64,000 bases of DNA. Source: Eledone cirrhosa (lineage: Eukaryota). This document shows positions 1 to 13,918 of the stretch, in pieces (the stretch's first letter is position 1; every line of letters starts with the position of its first letter). A program made the translations under genes and the position numbers. The stretch lies in assembly GCA_964016885.1 (NCBI GenBank), contig OZ024743.1:266414001-266478000 (forward strand), read 5' to 3'. Under the pieces are notes generated by a model that saw only the letters and a program-made list of their open reading frames with translations, ran no database searches and was not told the DNA's origin.

Positions 1-1021
1 TAAACATTACTGCATTCAGTATAATCCTAAGCATTTCTTGCATAATATATATATATATATATATAAACGTTTCTAGTTGTAAAGCCAAGACAATGCAGGT
101 ATGGATATAGAATATAAATGCAAATGCAAAAGATATTGTTGACAATTAGTCTTTTACCTTAAATTTATTTAAATATCATTAATTTTCGAGATAATATCTT
201 TTCTTCGGAGGGAAGTAAAGTGGTTAATCCAGTGTTCTAATTAGCTTGCCAAGCCATATCTTTTGCATTTGTATTTATATTCGATACCCATACCTGCATT
301 GTCTTGGCCTTACAACTACAAACGTTTATATCTCATTACACAATGCTTCAAGTGAACTACAACTTCCTTCATATATATATATATATATAGAGAGACCACA
401 AGTAATGGAATTCAAGGAAGCACATTCAAACACGTTCAAATACAGGCGTTCGCGCACACAAACACAAACACACACACACGCAAAACACAGACATACATAT
501 GTATATATTCACCACCTTTATTAATATTATCCTCAATCTTTCTCCTGATTTCTTTCCCTCCCTCTCATACACAAAATGAATACTAGACCCTTTGAACACG
601 TTTTACAATCTTCCTGTTCCTTTATAGTAATCCATATTACATAATTTACTGAAGCAGTCATTTCAGTTTATTTCGCACTGTCCACACGAACAACAAAGCT
701 GCTTTTCATTTCATATTTCGTATTTTTCATTTTCCAATTTTCCTCAGAAACTGTACTGTTGCTTTAATTTCGATGTTATAGTATACAAAGCGTTGGTTTA
801 TATATGTGCCTTATGTATGCATGCATGTATGTATGTATGTATGTATGTATGTATGTATGTATGTATGTATGTATGTATCTATCTATGCATGTATGTACGT
901 ATGCATGCTTATATCATTGTAACTATGTATACATGTATGTATCTATATATGTATGCATGTGTGCATGCTTTCATGTATGGAATTATGTATATATATATGC
1001 ACACACACACACAAAACACAT

Positions 1022-1099
<78 letters not shown>

Positions 1100-1400
1100 G
1101 CACTCCATCAGTTATGAAGAGGCATTTTGATATGATCAACAGAACATCCTGCCCGTTGAATTAACGTGCACATGGCTGAGAATTCCAAAAATACGGGTGC
1201 CCTTAACGTAGTTCTCAGGGAGATTCAGTGTGACACACAATAATACAAGAATGGCCCTCCTAATTGCAAGTGCACCTCATATTTGCCCGCTGAGTGTAAT
1301 GGTGCAACGTGCAATAAAGTGTCTTTTTTAAAGACACAACGCGCCGGCATGTCTCGCATTACGACCTTACGGTCGCAAGGCGAATACCTTAACCATTGAC
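1100..1400 (-). mobile_element. Degenerate tRNA-derived SINE with CORE-like central motif
   Basis: Contains ATAAAGTGTCTT...AAGACACAAC (1313-1340), shared with 29354-29385, followed by a reverse tRNA-like head. Confidence 0.55.
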
Positions 1401-1557
1401 GTTTGATTCTTTATATACAAACATATATACATATGTATATAGTTTAGGGATTGTAAAGTCAAGTTTCTGTTGGTTCACCAAATTGAGCACTCGATGCGTA
1501 ATTGCATCATTTCCAGTATGTACTTTGGTGTTGTACTAAGCAGAGTGTAATAGTAAT

Positions 1558-1740
1558 AAATGTTTCTACTTTTGGCACAAGACCAGTAATTGTCTCAGTA
1601 CGTTACTGGTACTTTATTTTATCGACCCCGTAAGGATGAAAGGCAGACTTAACCTCGGCGGGATTTGAACTCAGGCCGTAAAGGGACGTAACTCTACGCT
1701 GCAAAGCATGGCGTCCGATCTTCTACCGATAATACCGAAT
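1558..1740 (-). mobile_element. SINE family A copy
   Basis: Reverse complement of the ~190-bp unit at 35508-35697. Confidence 0.85.
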
Positions 1741-2862
1741 AGTAATAATATGTGGGGTCGAGGTGTCAAATTATTATTATCTTTATTCAGGGTGACGCAT
1801 GTTTCGTAATTCCATTTACTTATTGCCCAAATTTTACCTTCTATACTTTATCTCATAAGTTATTTTCATTTCTTATTCCTTACTTCTATCTTTATTTGAA
1901 TATATAGACGTAGGTTTAATGCGTGTGTATGTAACATGGGGTGCGGTAAATAATTATTTACATATACACCAGGTCCGAATTCAAAGGAACAAAACCCCCT
2001 CTGTCATTGCTTCCATCTCTCCCCGCTCTCCATTTCTCTCATTATTAAGAGCAAATATGGGCCCACACGCTGGCCGCACCTTGGCCCCGGCGGACAGACG
2101 TTTCCACGGACGATGGCGAGGGAGACGCGCTGGAAGAGCCATTCCACTTGCGGGTAGCCAAATATGTGCCGATGGTGCCGAGTAGGGTGGTGGCCCTAGC
2201 GCCAAGGATACAAGACGTCTCCACTGCTACATACTCGACAGCAAACCTGTCGGAGAGCAATCGATATTATCTTTCTTGCTATGTACATGTGTCTATTGCA
2301 TCAATGACCTCGAAATACAGAACATTCATTTTACTATCCATCACTGACTTGTACCCCATCCAACTCTTTCGCTATCGCTTCTCATCTTTTTTTAAATCTT
2401 ACCCTCACCCCGTCATATCACAATATACGCGCCAATCTGTCCACTATACAAATTGTCAACAATTCTCACGACCTCCATCTTCACCACTGGATGTACCCCA
2501 CCCATTCATTAAATTGTCTCAATCCCTTTCTTCTTTTTACATCTTCCCTACTCCTCTCGCACCTCTTCACACTTCTTTCTTCCCCAAATCAAAACAGACA
2601 ACAAATCACATCCCAAATGAATGAGAATTGGATATCTTTTAAAGCTGTACGCGAAACATTTAGTCGTTAAACGAACAGACGTCTGATGAGCTTTAGATTC
2701 TCCTCCTAATTTGTCATCCTTTCTTCTGTTGAAGGACTAGCGTTCGAAACGGTAAGACCCTCTTTCTGCTATTTCAAGCGTTAAATTAATATTTTCTTTC
2801 CATATAGTGTGCCGTTTGTTATGTTATATCTGTTTACCTATTACACTTATATATATTTATGT

Positions 2863-2985
2863 AACAAAGGAGTTGTAGTAAGGAACCAGATGGACCATAA
2901 CGGACCAGAGTACTCGATACTTAGAGTAGTAGAGCGGGTAATAGGAAAATGTACGAACCCCGACGGCAGACCTCAAACCGTTTTG
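2863..2985 (+). repeat. TA-flanked repeat family H (AGGAACCAGATGGACCATAAC...)
   Basis: Homologous to 4365-4494, 24960-25137, 34412-34608, 50349-50661 and 57048-57160. Confidence 0.8.
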
Positions 2986-3208
2986 AAGGGAATGTAGATA
3001 TTCTTACCTTTTCCCCATTTTCCTTCTAGTTTCCTTCCTTACCTCCTCCGTTTCCCCAATAACTTACCCAGTTATTGAACGCTCTTGGGGTAGATATATT
3101 GTCTTTAAAGCGTTGAAATATCCGAGAACGCGTTCTTGCTTTCTTCTTATTCTCATTCCATTTTCAAGCCTAACTTAACTAGCAACTACACAGCCAATCC
3201 TATTCTCC

Positions 3209-3324
<116 letters not shown>

Positions 3325-3519
3325 ACTTATTGATTTACAAGCAATATTTACAAATCTAACTATGTATATATCTCTATGTATATTTATATACACATGTATA
3401 TATGCATCTAAATATTGAAATATATATTCGTATACACATCTCTCTCTCTCTCTATATATATATATTATATATATTATATATATTATATATATTATATATA
3501 TTATATATATATTATTCCA

Positions 3520-3639
3520 TTCTTAGTTCAAATCCCGCCGAGGTTAACTTTGCCTTTCATCCTTACGGGGTCGATAAAATAAAGTACCAGTAATGCACTG
3601 GATAATTGCTGGCCTTGTACCAAAAGTAGAAACAATTAT

Positions 3640-3642
<3 letters not shown>
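3520..3642 (+). mobile_element. SINE family A, 5'-truncated
   Basis: GTTCAAATCCCGCCGAGG...GGGGTCGATAAAATAAAGTACC...GTAGAAACAATTATT. Confidence 0.85.
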
Positions 3643-3699
<57 letters not shown>

Positions 3700-3703
<4 letters not shown>

Positions 3704-4308
3704 CAAAGGCAGGTATTGAGTTAGAAACTCAAAATATTTTCATTACAGTAAAATTAGCTCTAGGAAAAAGGTTTTTCCGAGCCGTATAGTATAAATGAAC
3801 AAAAAAGAAAAACGAACACAGACATATACATATATGTGTTCAAATCGTAAGGGACCAGAATCGCTAAGGTGAAAAAAATACTATCTACAGACAATATGGT
3901 TTGCTAGAATCTATTTATGAATAAATCAAGAAAAATAAATACAAACCAGTATTGTGGTAACTACCCATCACCCGGACGGTTTTTGAGAGAACCGTTTCGC
4001 AATATTATTTGTGAAAAGGTATATCAAATTCCTAGCTCATCAGTAGGTGAAGAATTAGAATGCTGATCACTTCTAAATAAAATAAAGAACTGGATAGTGT
4101 TTGTATATGTAACGCACATGGCTTCCGAACTTAGCGCGTCGCGCAGACTCACGCCAGTAAAAGTAGCAGCCGGGTCTACACGACATTTGAATTAGCTTAC
4201 GAATAAACAGAGCCAAGTATTGAGCTAGAAACTCAAAATAGTCTGGTCCATTACGATTTGAACACATACATGCATATGTCTGTGTTCGTTTTTCTTTTTT
4301 GTTCACTA

Positions 4309-4313
<5 letters not shown>
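3700..4313. mobile_element. (TA)n-flanked element with inverted copy of its right end
   Basis: 3786-3858 is the reverse complement of 4243-4313; direct repeat 3713-3736/4217-4240; (TA)n on both sides. Confidence 0.65.
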
Positions 4314-4364
<51 letters not shown>

Positions 4365-4366
<2 letters not shown>

Positions 4367-4491
4367 CGAAGGAAGTGTGGAAATAAACTAAGTGGACCAT
4401 AACGCACCAAAGTACTCAATACTTAGGGTAGTAGAGTGGGTAATAGGAACAAGTAAGACCCCCGACGGCTGAGCTCAAGCCGTTTCGACGG

Positions 4492-4494
<3 letters not shown>
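4365..4494 (+). repeat. Family H copy between (TA)n tracts
   Basis: Similarity to the other H copies. Confidence 0.8.
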
Positions 4495-4590
<96 letters not shown>

Positions 4591-4706
4591 CTGTATTTTT
4601 AACCGTTGGTCAGTCAGTGGTAAACATTTATGGTCAAATGAATTAACTATTGAGAAATAAAAGATACAGAAGCCATAACCAACCAAACAGTGAGTGTGTT
4701 CCATTC

Positions 4707-4895
4707 GGTGGATTGGCAGTATCAGTAGAGGGTCGGACGCCATGCTTTCCAGCATAGTTACGTCCCTTTGCGATCTGAGTTCAAATCCCGCCGAGGTTGA
4801 CTTTGCCTTTCATCCTTACGGGGTCGATAAAATAAAGTACCAGTAATGCACTGGATAATTGCTGGCCTTGTGCCTAAAGTAGAAACAATTATTAT
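4707..4895 (+). mobile_element. SINE family A, full length
   Basis: GGTGGATTGGCAGTATC head, B-box-like GAGTTCAAATCC, ATTATT tail. Confidence 0.9.
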
Positions 4896-4937
4896 TTCTG
4901 GCAATATTATTACAACAATACGACCCTCCCCAAGTAT

Positions 4938-4980
<43 letters not shown>

Positions 4981-4984
4981 TATG

Positions 4985-5614
4985 TATGCGTGTGTTTGAG
5001 TATGTGCGTGTGTAAAATTATAGAACATTTGCAATATATATCCTTTTGTGGGTGGTAAGAGAAATAGTCAGTGATTAAATGTGTGACGTATTTGTGTGTA
5101 CATGAAATCACGTGTTACTATATGTGTGTCGGCGTGCGTGTACGTGTTTATGTAAGTTAATTTAATATCTAAAATATATTGCGTTTCCGTTGTCTAACGT
5201 TTTTTGTAACATCCTCTCAATGTAATATTTGTGTTATTTTCTGTCGGATAGTCTCTTTTAAATTCATGAAGAACTATTTTTACTTCTGTCGGCAGGTGGC
5301 AACTATTTCTGATTCAGAAATAGTTGCCACCTGCCGGTGGATTATTGTGTGGTATTAATATATTTTCTGCACAAGCTATATTAACACTACATATGAAGTG
5401 AAAGCTAGGAACATTTTATTATTCATCTAGACCACCTGTGACCTGTTGGGTCACGTTCACTTAAAAATGGTTTTTAAATAATTAAAATATACACAGACAT
5501 GTATATAATGTAAACTGAAATTGGAAGTCCCAAATATATATATATATGCGGGTGTCTGTGACCTATATACACCGGTCACAGACACACACACACATACACA
5601 CACACACGCACACG

Positions 5615-5656
<42 letters not shown>

Positions 5657-5672
5657 TACACACACACACACA

Positions 5673-5730
<58 letters not shown>

Positions 5731-6898
5731 CACAAACACATACACAAACTTAGAATACCTTTCTGTTAACAGGATACAGTAAGGCTGTATTCTTTTCTTT
5801 CATGTCACCGATTATAATTTCATGCAACAACACCAGCTCTCTCCATGTCTCTATTTCATTTTCCTTCTCAGTCTCCTTCTTTCTCTCTCGTAATGTCGCC
5901 TTTTTAATCTGTACTCTGACAACCACTATCTCTTTATCCTTCTCTCTCTCTCTCCATTTATGAAGGTACCCGAAAAAAACCCGAATCTCAGGAACCCCGT
6001 GCGAATTACGCGAAACTAGTTTTATTACATTTGTATTCGAATTTCATGGTCAATGTCCTTTCAAAGCATTTTCCCACTATTCGCCCTATTGGCTGTGTTA
6101 CAATGCAGACAAGCAAGCAAGCAAGCAAACTCGATTTCTTTTGCCGTCACATTTTGTGTTCAACTTGTTTTTCCGTTTGGCAATTGTTGAACATATGACT
6201 ACCAGGAGTATTTTTTTTAACAATCGAAAAACTAGATGGATTTCAGTGAGGGATCCATTCTATATTTGTTTGTCCTGCTAGAAACAATAGCTAAAATTCC
6301 TGCAAAGTATGTATTCTACTTAAACAACGGATGATACGCTGAATAATATATCCTTAGCTCCTTCTAAAGCATGACGGCATTGTGATGACTACAAATGCAT
6401 TTTATAATGTATTTTCTCTAACTAGCTCACCTGGCGCTAAACAATAATAACAGTAACAATATTTGTTTCTCTTTTGAACTGCTAAAGCTGAATTAATGGA
6501 CGCCAACTTCTAAGAACTAACGATAAGGCCAGTGTGTTTTAATCCTTTTTATGAAATATTGTGGTACACTTCTTTCTCCGTTTGTTCTACACTCTCAGAC
6601 AAAGAGTAAATGAAAACAACTTCAGATTTTACATTCTTCATGGCATTTAAATTAACCAAACCCTCACATTTTCGCCGTGCAAGTGTGTTTGAGAGCTCAC
6701 GTGCTTATTGATTCGCAAGCAATATTTATAAATCTAACTATCTATATATATATATATATGTATATTTATATACATATACACATATATATACATATACACA
6801 TATACACATATATATATATACACATGTATATATGTATCCATATAGATATTCAAATATATATGCGTATACGAATATCTCTTTCTCTCTATATATATATA

Positions 6899-6943
<45 letters not shown>

Positions 6944-7988
6944 CTGTAAGTGCGTGTGTTTGAGTGTGTGTGGGGGGGGGGGTATACAGTATAAAATTAT
7001 AGGATATTTAAAATATATATCCTTTTGTTATCCAATAGCCGTGCATGTGTTGGTAAGAGAAATAGTGAGAGATTATATGTGTACATATTTGTGTGTGCAT
7101 GAATTCGAGAGTGACTGTCCGTGTGTCGGCGTGCGTGTACTTGTTTATGTAAGTTAATTTTATATCTAAAATATTTTGCGTTTCCGTCGTCTAACGTTTT
7201 TTGTAACATCCTCTCAATGTAATTTTTATCTTATTTTCTGTCGGATAGTCTCTTTTAAATTCATGAAGAACTATTTTTATTTCTCTCGGCAGGTGGCAAC
7301 TATTTCTGATTCAGTATTCTGTTTATATGTCCGGTGGATTATTATGTGGTATTAATATATTTTCTGCACAAGCTATATTAATACTACATATGAAGTGAAA
7401 GCTAGGAAAATGTTATCATTCAATGGTAGTTTTACACGTCATTATCTCTCTACATTTCTTTTGCCGTCAAATTCTATCCTCAACTTTTTTTTCCTCTTGC
7501 CAGCTCTGGGGCATATGACAACCAGGAGAATGTGTTAACAATCGTAAAACAAGGTGGATTTCATTGAGGGATCCAATCCATATTTGTTAGACCTGATAGA
7601 AACAATAGCTAAACTTCCTGCATATCTTCTCTCTTAAACAACGGATGATACGCTGAATAATATATCCCTAGCTCCTTCCAAAGCATGACGGCATTGTGAT
7701 GACTAGAAATGCATTTGATAATGCATTTTCTCTTACTGGACTCACTGGCGCTAAACAATAATAACAGCAACAATATTTGTTTCTCTTTTGAACTGCTAAA
7801 GCTGAATAATGGACGCCAACTTCTAAGAACTAACGATAAGGCCAGTGTGTTTTAATCCTTTTTATGAAATATTGTGGTACACTTCTTTCTCCGTTTGTTC
7901 TACACTCTCAGACAAAGAGTAAATGAAAAAAATTCATAATGTACATTCTTCATGGCATTTAAATTAACCAAACCCTCACATTTTCGCC
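4985..7988 (+). repeat. Local direct duplication (~4985-5425 plus 6138-6676 vs ~6950-7420 plus 7457-7988)
   Basis: Long near-identical blocks, e.g. GCTAAAGCTGAA...CCCTCACATTTTCGCC ending at 6676 and 7988. Confidence 0.9.
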
Positions 7989-8625
7989 AATTTTCTTGAG
8001 TTCAGAAATTTACTCTACTTTTTTTTTTTTTTTATGCGTGTCGATTTAGAATTCCGCTGTGTTCGATATGGCTTTTTATCCCTCATCTTTTCATCAAATA
8101 CTGACCAAGCTGCTTATCATGATTATAGCTAAAGTTATTTATCATCCGGTTATCAAAACTTTGGTATCAAAATTAGTACGCTAAAACACCTTTTTTGAAA
8201 ACACTAATTAAATAGTACACCAACGGTTATATTCAATACAGATACCAAAAGAATGATACCTGATGATCACCATTGTGGCGAATTCACTAGTGTATTACAT
8301 TTGCCAAAGTAGCTAGCAACATTGGTGTATATATGTTTCTAGGTATATATAAAGGTGTAACCGTATATGGTTAATTATGGTTCATCGTATTAAGCTGCTA
8401 ATTTTGTTAGAATTGCTGGAACCCGAATTCTTTCTTCATAACCAATTAAAATGTATCTGCCTATTAGAATCAAACTTCCAGATATTGGTACAGTTTTTGA
8501 TTTATGCACTCAACTGACTAAGGTTATCGGAAAGTCTTCGGTTCTACCCATAACATTTACAATATGAGAATATCAAAACATATTTATATAAACGCATATA
8601 TATACACGTACACACACACACACAC

Positions 8626-8739
<114 letters not shown>

Positions 8740-9300
8740 GTGTGTGTGCATGTGCGTGTGTGTAAGTTTTGATATTGTCTGATTGCAATATATATATATA
8801 TACGCGATCATTCATATGACATGTTTTGTGAGTGTAAGTGTGTGTATGCACATATGTATGTATAAACGATTTTATTAATTTGTTTTTATATTATATTTAC
8901 ATCTGTAATTGTTGATTTTACATTATGTTGCAAAATACTTTTATCAAATATCACACATTTCCTTTATCATATTCAAATATCTTCTTTAGTAACACCTAAC
9001 ACTTTCTTGATTGACGTCCAATAATATTTTAATATGTTTCACTAGGAAAAATTACCAGACGCAGTGATTTTTTTTCCTCTTGGGAATATTTCTGGTGTTC
9101 ATCAAATGTGTTATTTAAAAGTTGTACACACATGCTTATATATAAAGATATACACACGTACATATATCTGTGTGTAGACAAAATCATATATAATTATAAA
9201 ATAATAATAATAATAATAGTAAAGTAATAACAACAATATCAGCCAGTATACACACACTCACATTCTCACATACCCATACAGACACACACATACACATACA

Positions 9301-9341
<41 letters not shown>

Positions 9342-9370
9342 ATATATATGTGTGTGTGTGTGTGTATATA

Positions 9371-9414
<44 letters not shown>

Positions 9415-9629
9415 ATGTTTGCGTGTGTGCGTGTGTGTATGTATGTGTGTGCATGTGTGTGTGTAGGTTGAAATACTTAAGTATATCCTGCTATTATATT
9501 CCAATTACAGATAGTCTTTCAAGAAGTATTGAATATTAAATCAAGAACTATTCACATCTCAAGAAAATCTTTTCTAGATGATGTGTAAAAATAAAAAGAA
9601 AGATGTGTGAATGTATGTAGGCATGTATG

Positions 9630-10086
9630 TATTTATGTATTTATATTCTTCTCGTTTCATAATTTTCACAAATTTTTTGCCAATAGCGAAAGAGAGCCGG
9701 TTTCCAACATAGATACAAGACTCTCATTGGAACTCACACAACATCAGCTAGGTACATATGTCTGCATGCCTGCATGCATGCACGTTTATGCTAGTATTGA
9801 TGTTATTTTATGTGTGGTGGCGTATGTTTTAAGTTATATGCGTGCTTATACATATGCTTTGTATCTGTACTATTGTATATGCAGTTATTAGATGTAGAAT
9901 TTTTGGAATGTTTTACATATTTTTACTGTTCCATTAATGGATTGTACTTGTAATTTCCTAACTAGTCGTGTTCTTTCTGTTTCTGTGAAGCCTAGCTTCC
10001 CAAGATTTGTACCCAGGCAGTTACTAACATATACCAGTGTCCCAATAATCACAGGCATACATCTAAAGGTATAGTCAGGGTGGAGT
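9630..10086 (-). mobile_element. 3' fragment of R4/Dong-type LINE family 1
   Basis: Reverse complement of ~42855-43285 (FMPVIIGxLG...KICKTF plus 3'UTR); flanked by (GTAT)n. Confidence 0.85.
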
Positions 10087-11239
10087 ATGTATGTATGTAT
10101 GCATGTATGTAAGTATGTAGGTTTTTTGTATGTATTTTTGTATGTATTTTGGTCTTTTTTGTATGTATTTTTTGGATGATTCGGTCATTATATATGGATG
10201 ACAGAATGGCGAGATAGATGTTTAGCTGTAGTTATTGATAGATAGATGGTTAAGTACTTATGACGGTCGGCTGAAACGTTCGTAAAATAAAAATTTCAAG
10301 ATGCTCTCATGTAATGACCAAATGAACTTTATTTTTTAACATAGTCCCTGGAAAGAATCGATGCAGTTATTAATAATTAAAAAAAATGAAATTAATGCAT
10401 GCAAGATATCACAGCGCTAGCATCACTCTATAACTGGCATATGAGCTTTTCAGCTACCTTCGTAGATGAATAGCTGGATGGATGGTTGGATACAGTGGGC
10501 CTTTATGAATGGTTTACAGATTGCATCTAAGCTGCGCATACATTCGTATCTATGTTGTGGAATTTTATACAGTATTTCTGAATTTATTTACACAGAGTTT
10601 TATATTAGTAAATATGGAGTAATTTATCCATGCAAGCACATTTTTACTCATATTGCTGGATGGTAAGTACATACGCTATAACATATACACATACACATTT
10701 ACATAATGAGTATATGTGTATGGACATATTCATACGAACAAACGCACATATACAATAATGTTCCCATATACAAATATGTACCTATTTTTGGTCTGAGAAA
10801 GATGACCGCTTGTATAAGTGATGGATGAAGAAATAGAGCGAAACAACATGAGATATAGAGAGTCAACGAGATAGTCAGGGAGAGATATGGAAAGAGAGAG
10901 GGCAAGTGAGAGAGCGAGCGGGTGAGCGTGACCGAAATCACATAAGTAGATATTACAAAATGGTGAGCGAATTTAGAATTTTTCCTTTTCTCAATCTCTT
11001 TCTTAGTTGGCGCAGTATGCTCTAATAATTAAGAGGTTTGCTTCGCAATCATTAAATCCCGGTTCCGATCGAAAGGCTGGGCATTATTGGCATTTTCCAA
11101 TACTCAACTGTTTCTGTATCTTTCAGTCTTTATAATCTCTTTCCTTGAATACTACTTGTTTTAAGCCGAGTGGACATCGGACTAAGGATATGTCTTTGAG
11201 TTTTTTTATGAGATGCACTTGGACCTACGGATCATGCAG

Positions 11240-12450
11240 TACAGAACAAAGCATTTCAATAGTAAAATATATTACAGTATATTGCAGTATTATTAAATCT
11301 TTACACAATGTAGTGAAGTGGAAAACAATGCATTATTGTATATTCTATTCTAATATTGACGAGCAGTTTAGTTTAGTATAGTACAATATAGCATGGTGTA
11401 ATGTAGAGCAGTTTACTTCAGTGTAATAGAGTTTCGTGCAATGCAATTCAATACAATGACGTGTGATGGAGTATAACCTAGAGTAGTACAGTGTAGCCTA
11501 CTCTATTGCTATGCAGTGCGGCGAAAAAGATTGTATGGGGAGGTTGCTGAATAAGAAGCAACGCATTGCTCCAGCAAGTAAGACATCAGATAATCAAAGC
11601 CAATAGTCAATCTTCAGTGCCACGTATATCCAAGCAGTTACTTCAGATGAGGAACTTATACACATGTATTTTATCGTAAAGTAGTGCTGCTGGAGGTGGC
11701 ACTGTCACAACTGTCGTAACTTCCAAGATTTTACTTCATACTCTTAAAGATAACAACTAATTGCTGTTGAAAAGAAATCTGAAATAAGAGTATAAATATA
11801 TGATGTACATCGAATAGCAGATACAGCGGAGAGAATTTCCTGTGTGGTCGACGGGGAACAAAAGGAATATCAATAAGGTTTGGGTGTACAAGTCTCCGTT
11901 GACGAAGTAGTTAAAATACATCAGCAGAAGGCAATGAGCTGGATGTTTCCCGGATTCATTGGATTGTAAGGTGTTAACGACCGAAAAACTTACATTAGGT
12001 GAGGGCTTCTCTGAAGACCTTCTGCTGTCTAGCTCTTCCAAGAATGTCTTACTATTTCAATACAAAGAATTGTAGTGCATTGTGATACATAATGGTGAAA
12101 TTTGCACGCCTTAGTGCAATATAGAGTATTACTCCAGTCAAGTGTAATGCATTGCAGTGGAATAATGTATAGTGTGGCCTGACAGTATATTGTGCTGTGG
12201 TATAATAGAATGTCGTGTAATACAATGTAGTTCACTCTATTGCAATGAGGCTTTGAGTAAAGTAGCGTAAAACTGTATTGTGGGGCAATGTAATATAATG
12301 CAGTGTCGCGTATTGTAGTGGCATACAGCGTTGTGTATTTTAACGTATTGTAGTGTAGTGTAGTGTATTGCAGCTATGTGTATTTTTGTGTAATGTAGAC
12401 TAGTGTAATGCGGTGCAGAGTGATATTGAACAATAAAATATAGCATATTA
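11240..12450. repeat. Degenerate 5-mer (TGTAG/TGTAA-like) satellite, interrupted at ~11520-12050
   Basis: Period-5 pattern, e.g. TTGTAGTGTAGTGTAGTGTATTGCAG near 12350. Confidence 0.55.
11560..12041 (-). pseudogene. Possible decayed Penelope-type RT fragment
   Basis: YFVNGDLYTQT...GNSL loosely resembles the PLE RT motif YFxFNGxxYxQxxGxxMGSxL. Confidence 0.3.
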
Positions 12451-12720
12451 CATAATGGGGATTAGGTCAAGTAAACAAATGTAGCAAGGAGGAGTAGGTT
12501 GAGAGGGCGATGCGATAAAGTTGATGAATCCGATATTAGTTTCATTTAGGTGAATGCTGAAATGAAGCAGGAAAATGGTGCTAGTAGACGTTCTACTATC
12601 AGTATTGTTAGCGATTGCGGTGAAGATGTTGGTGACAGTGATATTGATTACACTGATTCACTGCTTTGATACAAAACATTACTAAATAATATACCATGTA
12701 GCATGCCGTGATATTGAAAC

Positions 12721-12878
<158 letters not shown>

Positions 12879-12950
12879 ATAGTCGTAGCTATGGTGCTTC
12901 CGTAGGCGGTATGCCAAAATTAGCACTCAATATTCATCAGAGTAGAGTGT

Positions 12951-13769
12951 ATATATTATCAAGAAATCGAAAAATCAGTAATGCATCTGGACTTAGTTTA
13001 TTTCGTATTACAAATGTTTCGCCGGCATGTAGCTCGAGTCATGGTCCTTGTATGGATTTGGCTGATTCTACTTCTGCGGGTTCTTTCAGACACGTCTGTT
13101 ATGTCCGGAGCAAATTTTATCACTGGGATGTTGTTATCAAAACAACCCCTCAAAAAACTTTCTTTCCACTCTTGTCATGCCATTGGCTGTTTTTACTCCA
13201 CATCATCACAAGTTCTGGTCAGTATCTGCTGCCACACTTTCATCAACTATTTTCTGTCCGACATATTTCAATGGAGTCATGCTGGTTTCAGTACCTCACA
13301 CGTCTGCTCACACTTCAGAGTAAGCACCCACACATACTAGAATAATCACATAGTAACACACACATATATATACTCAGACATACACCTATCTATGCATTCA
13401 CACTCGTATGTTTACATGCTCAGATACCCACACCGCCACATACATACATCGCAGTATATATACTCACACACCCTCTCTCCCTCTCTCCGTGTGGCAGCAG
13501 ATACTGACCAGAACTTGTGATCACGTGGAGTAAAAACAGCCAATGGCATGCCAAGAGTGGAAAGAAGGTTTTTTGAGGGGTTGTTTTGATAACAACACCC
13601 CAGTGATAAAATTTGCTCCGGACATAACACCCGTGTCTGAAAGAACCCGCAGAAGTAGAATCAGCCAGATCCACACAGGGACCATGACTCGAGCTATATG
13701 CCGGCGAAACATTTGTAACACGAAATAAACTAAGTCCAGATGCATCACTGATTTTTCGTTTTCTTGATA

Positions 13770-13775
<6 letters not shown>
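12951..13775. mobile_element. Fold-back element with ~285-bp inverted arms, HHR-like motif, ends in (TA)n
   Basis: 12951-13237 is the reverse complement of 13489-13775; same family as 19672-19950. Confidence 0.85.
13632..13722 (+). ncRNA. Hammerhead-like motif (variant core, long stem II)
   Basis: CGTGT-CTGAAAGA...GCCGGC-GAAA-CATTTG-TA-ACACG; stem I CGTGT/ACACG. Confidence 0.5.
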
Positions 13776-13809
<34 letters not shown>

Positions 13810-13854
13810 TAATTCAAAATATTAACAAAAATAGACATTCGTGTGATCAAGTAT

Positions 13855-13918
13855 ATTTTATTATACATATTTCAGAGGTACTGAGCTATCTTCAACAGTA
13901 CGTCCTCATCAGATAAAA
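13855..13918 (-). ncRNA. Type I hammerhead ribozyme motif (antisense arm copy)
   Basis: Reverse complement of 16339-16403. Confidence 0.7.

Noticed and set aside
1919-2624. GC-richer patch with overlapping ORFs
   Set aside because: No recognisable motif or convincing exon structure
2680-2760. CTGATGAG and CTGTTGAAGG...CGAAACGGTA hammerhead-like words
   Set aside because: Stems or core incomplete; at best a decayed motif
3988-4048. Minus-strand CTGATGAGC...GCGAAACGGTT
   Set aside because: No stem I pairing found
4707-4895. tRNA gene
   Set aside because: Only a SINE head with a B-box-like motif; no cloverleaf
8255-8300. CTGATGATCACC...GGCGAATTCACTAGTGTA
   Set aside because: GAAA broken and stem I weak
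12951-13775. Editing signature between these arms
   Set aside because: Differences are mixed, mostly ordinary transitions on both strands
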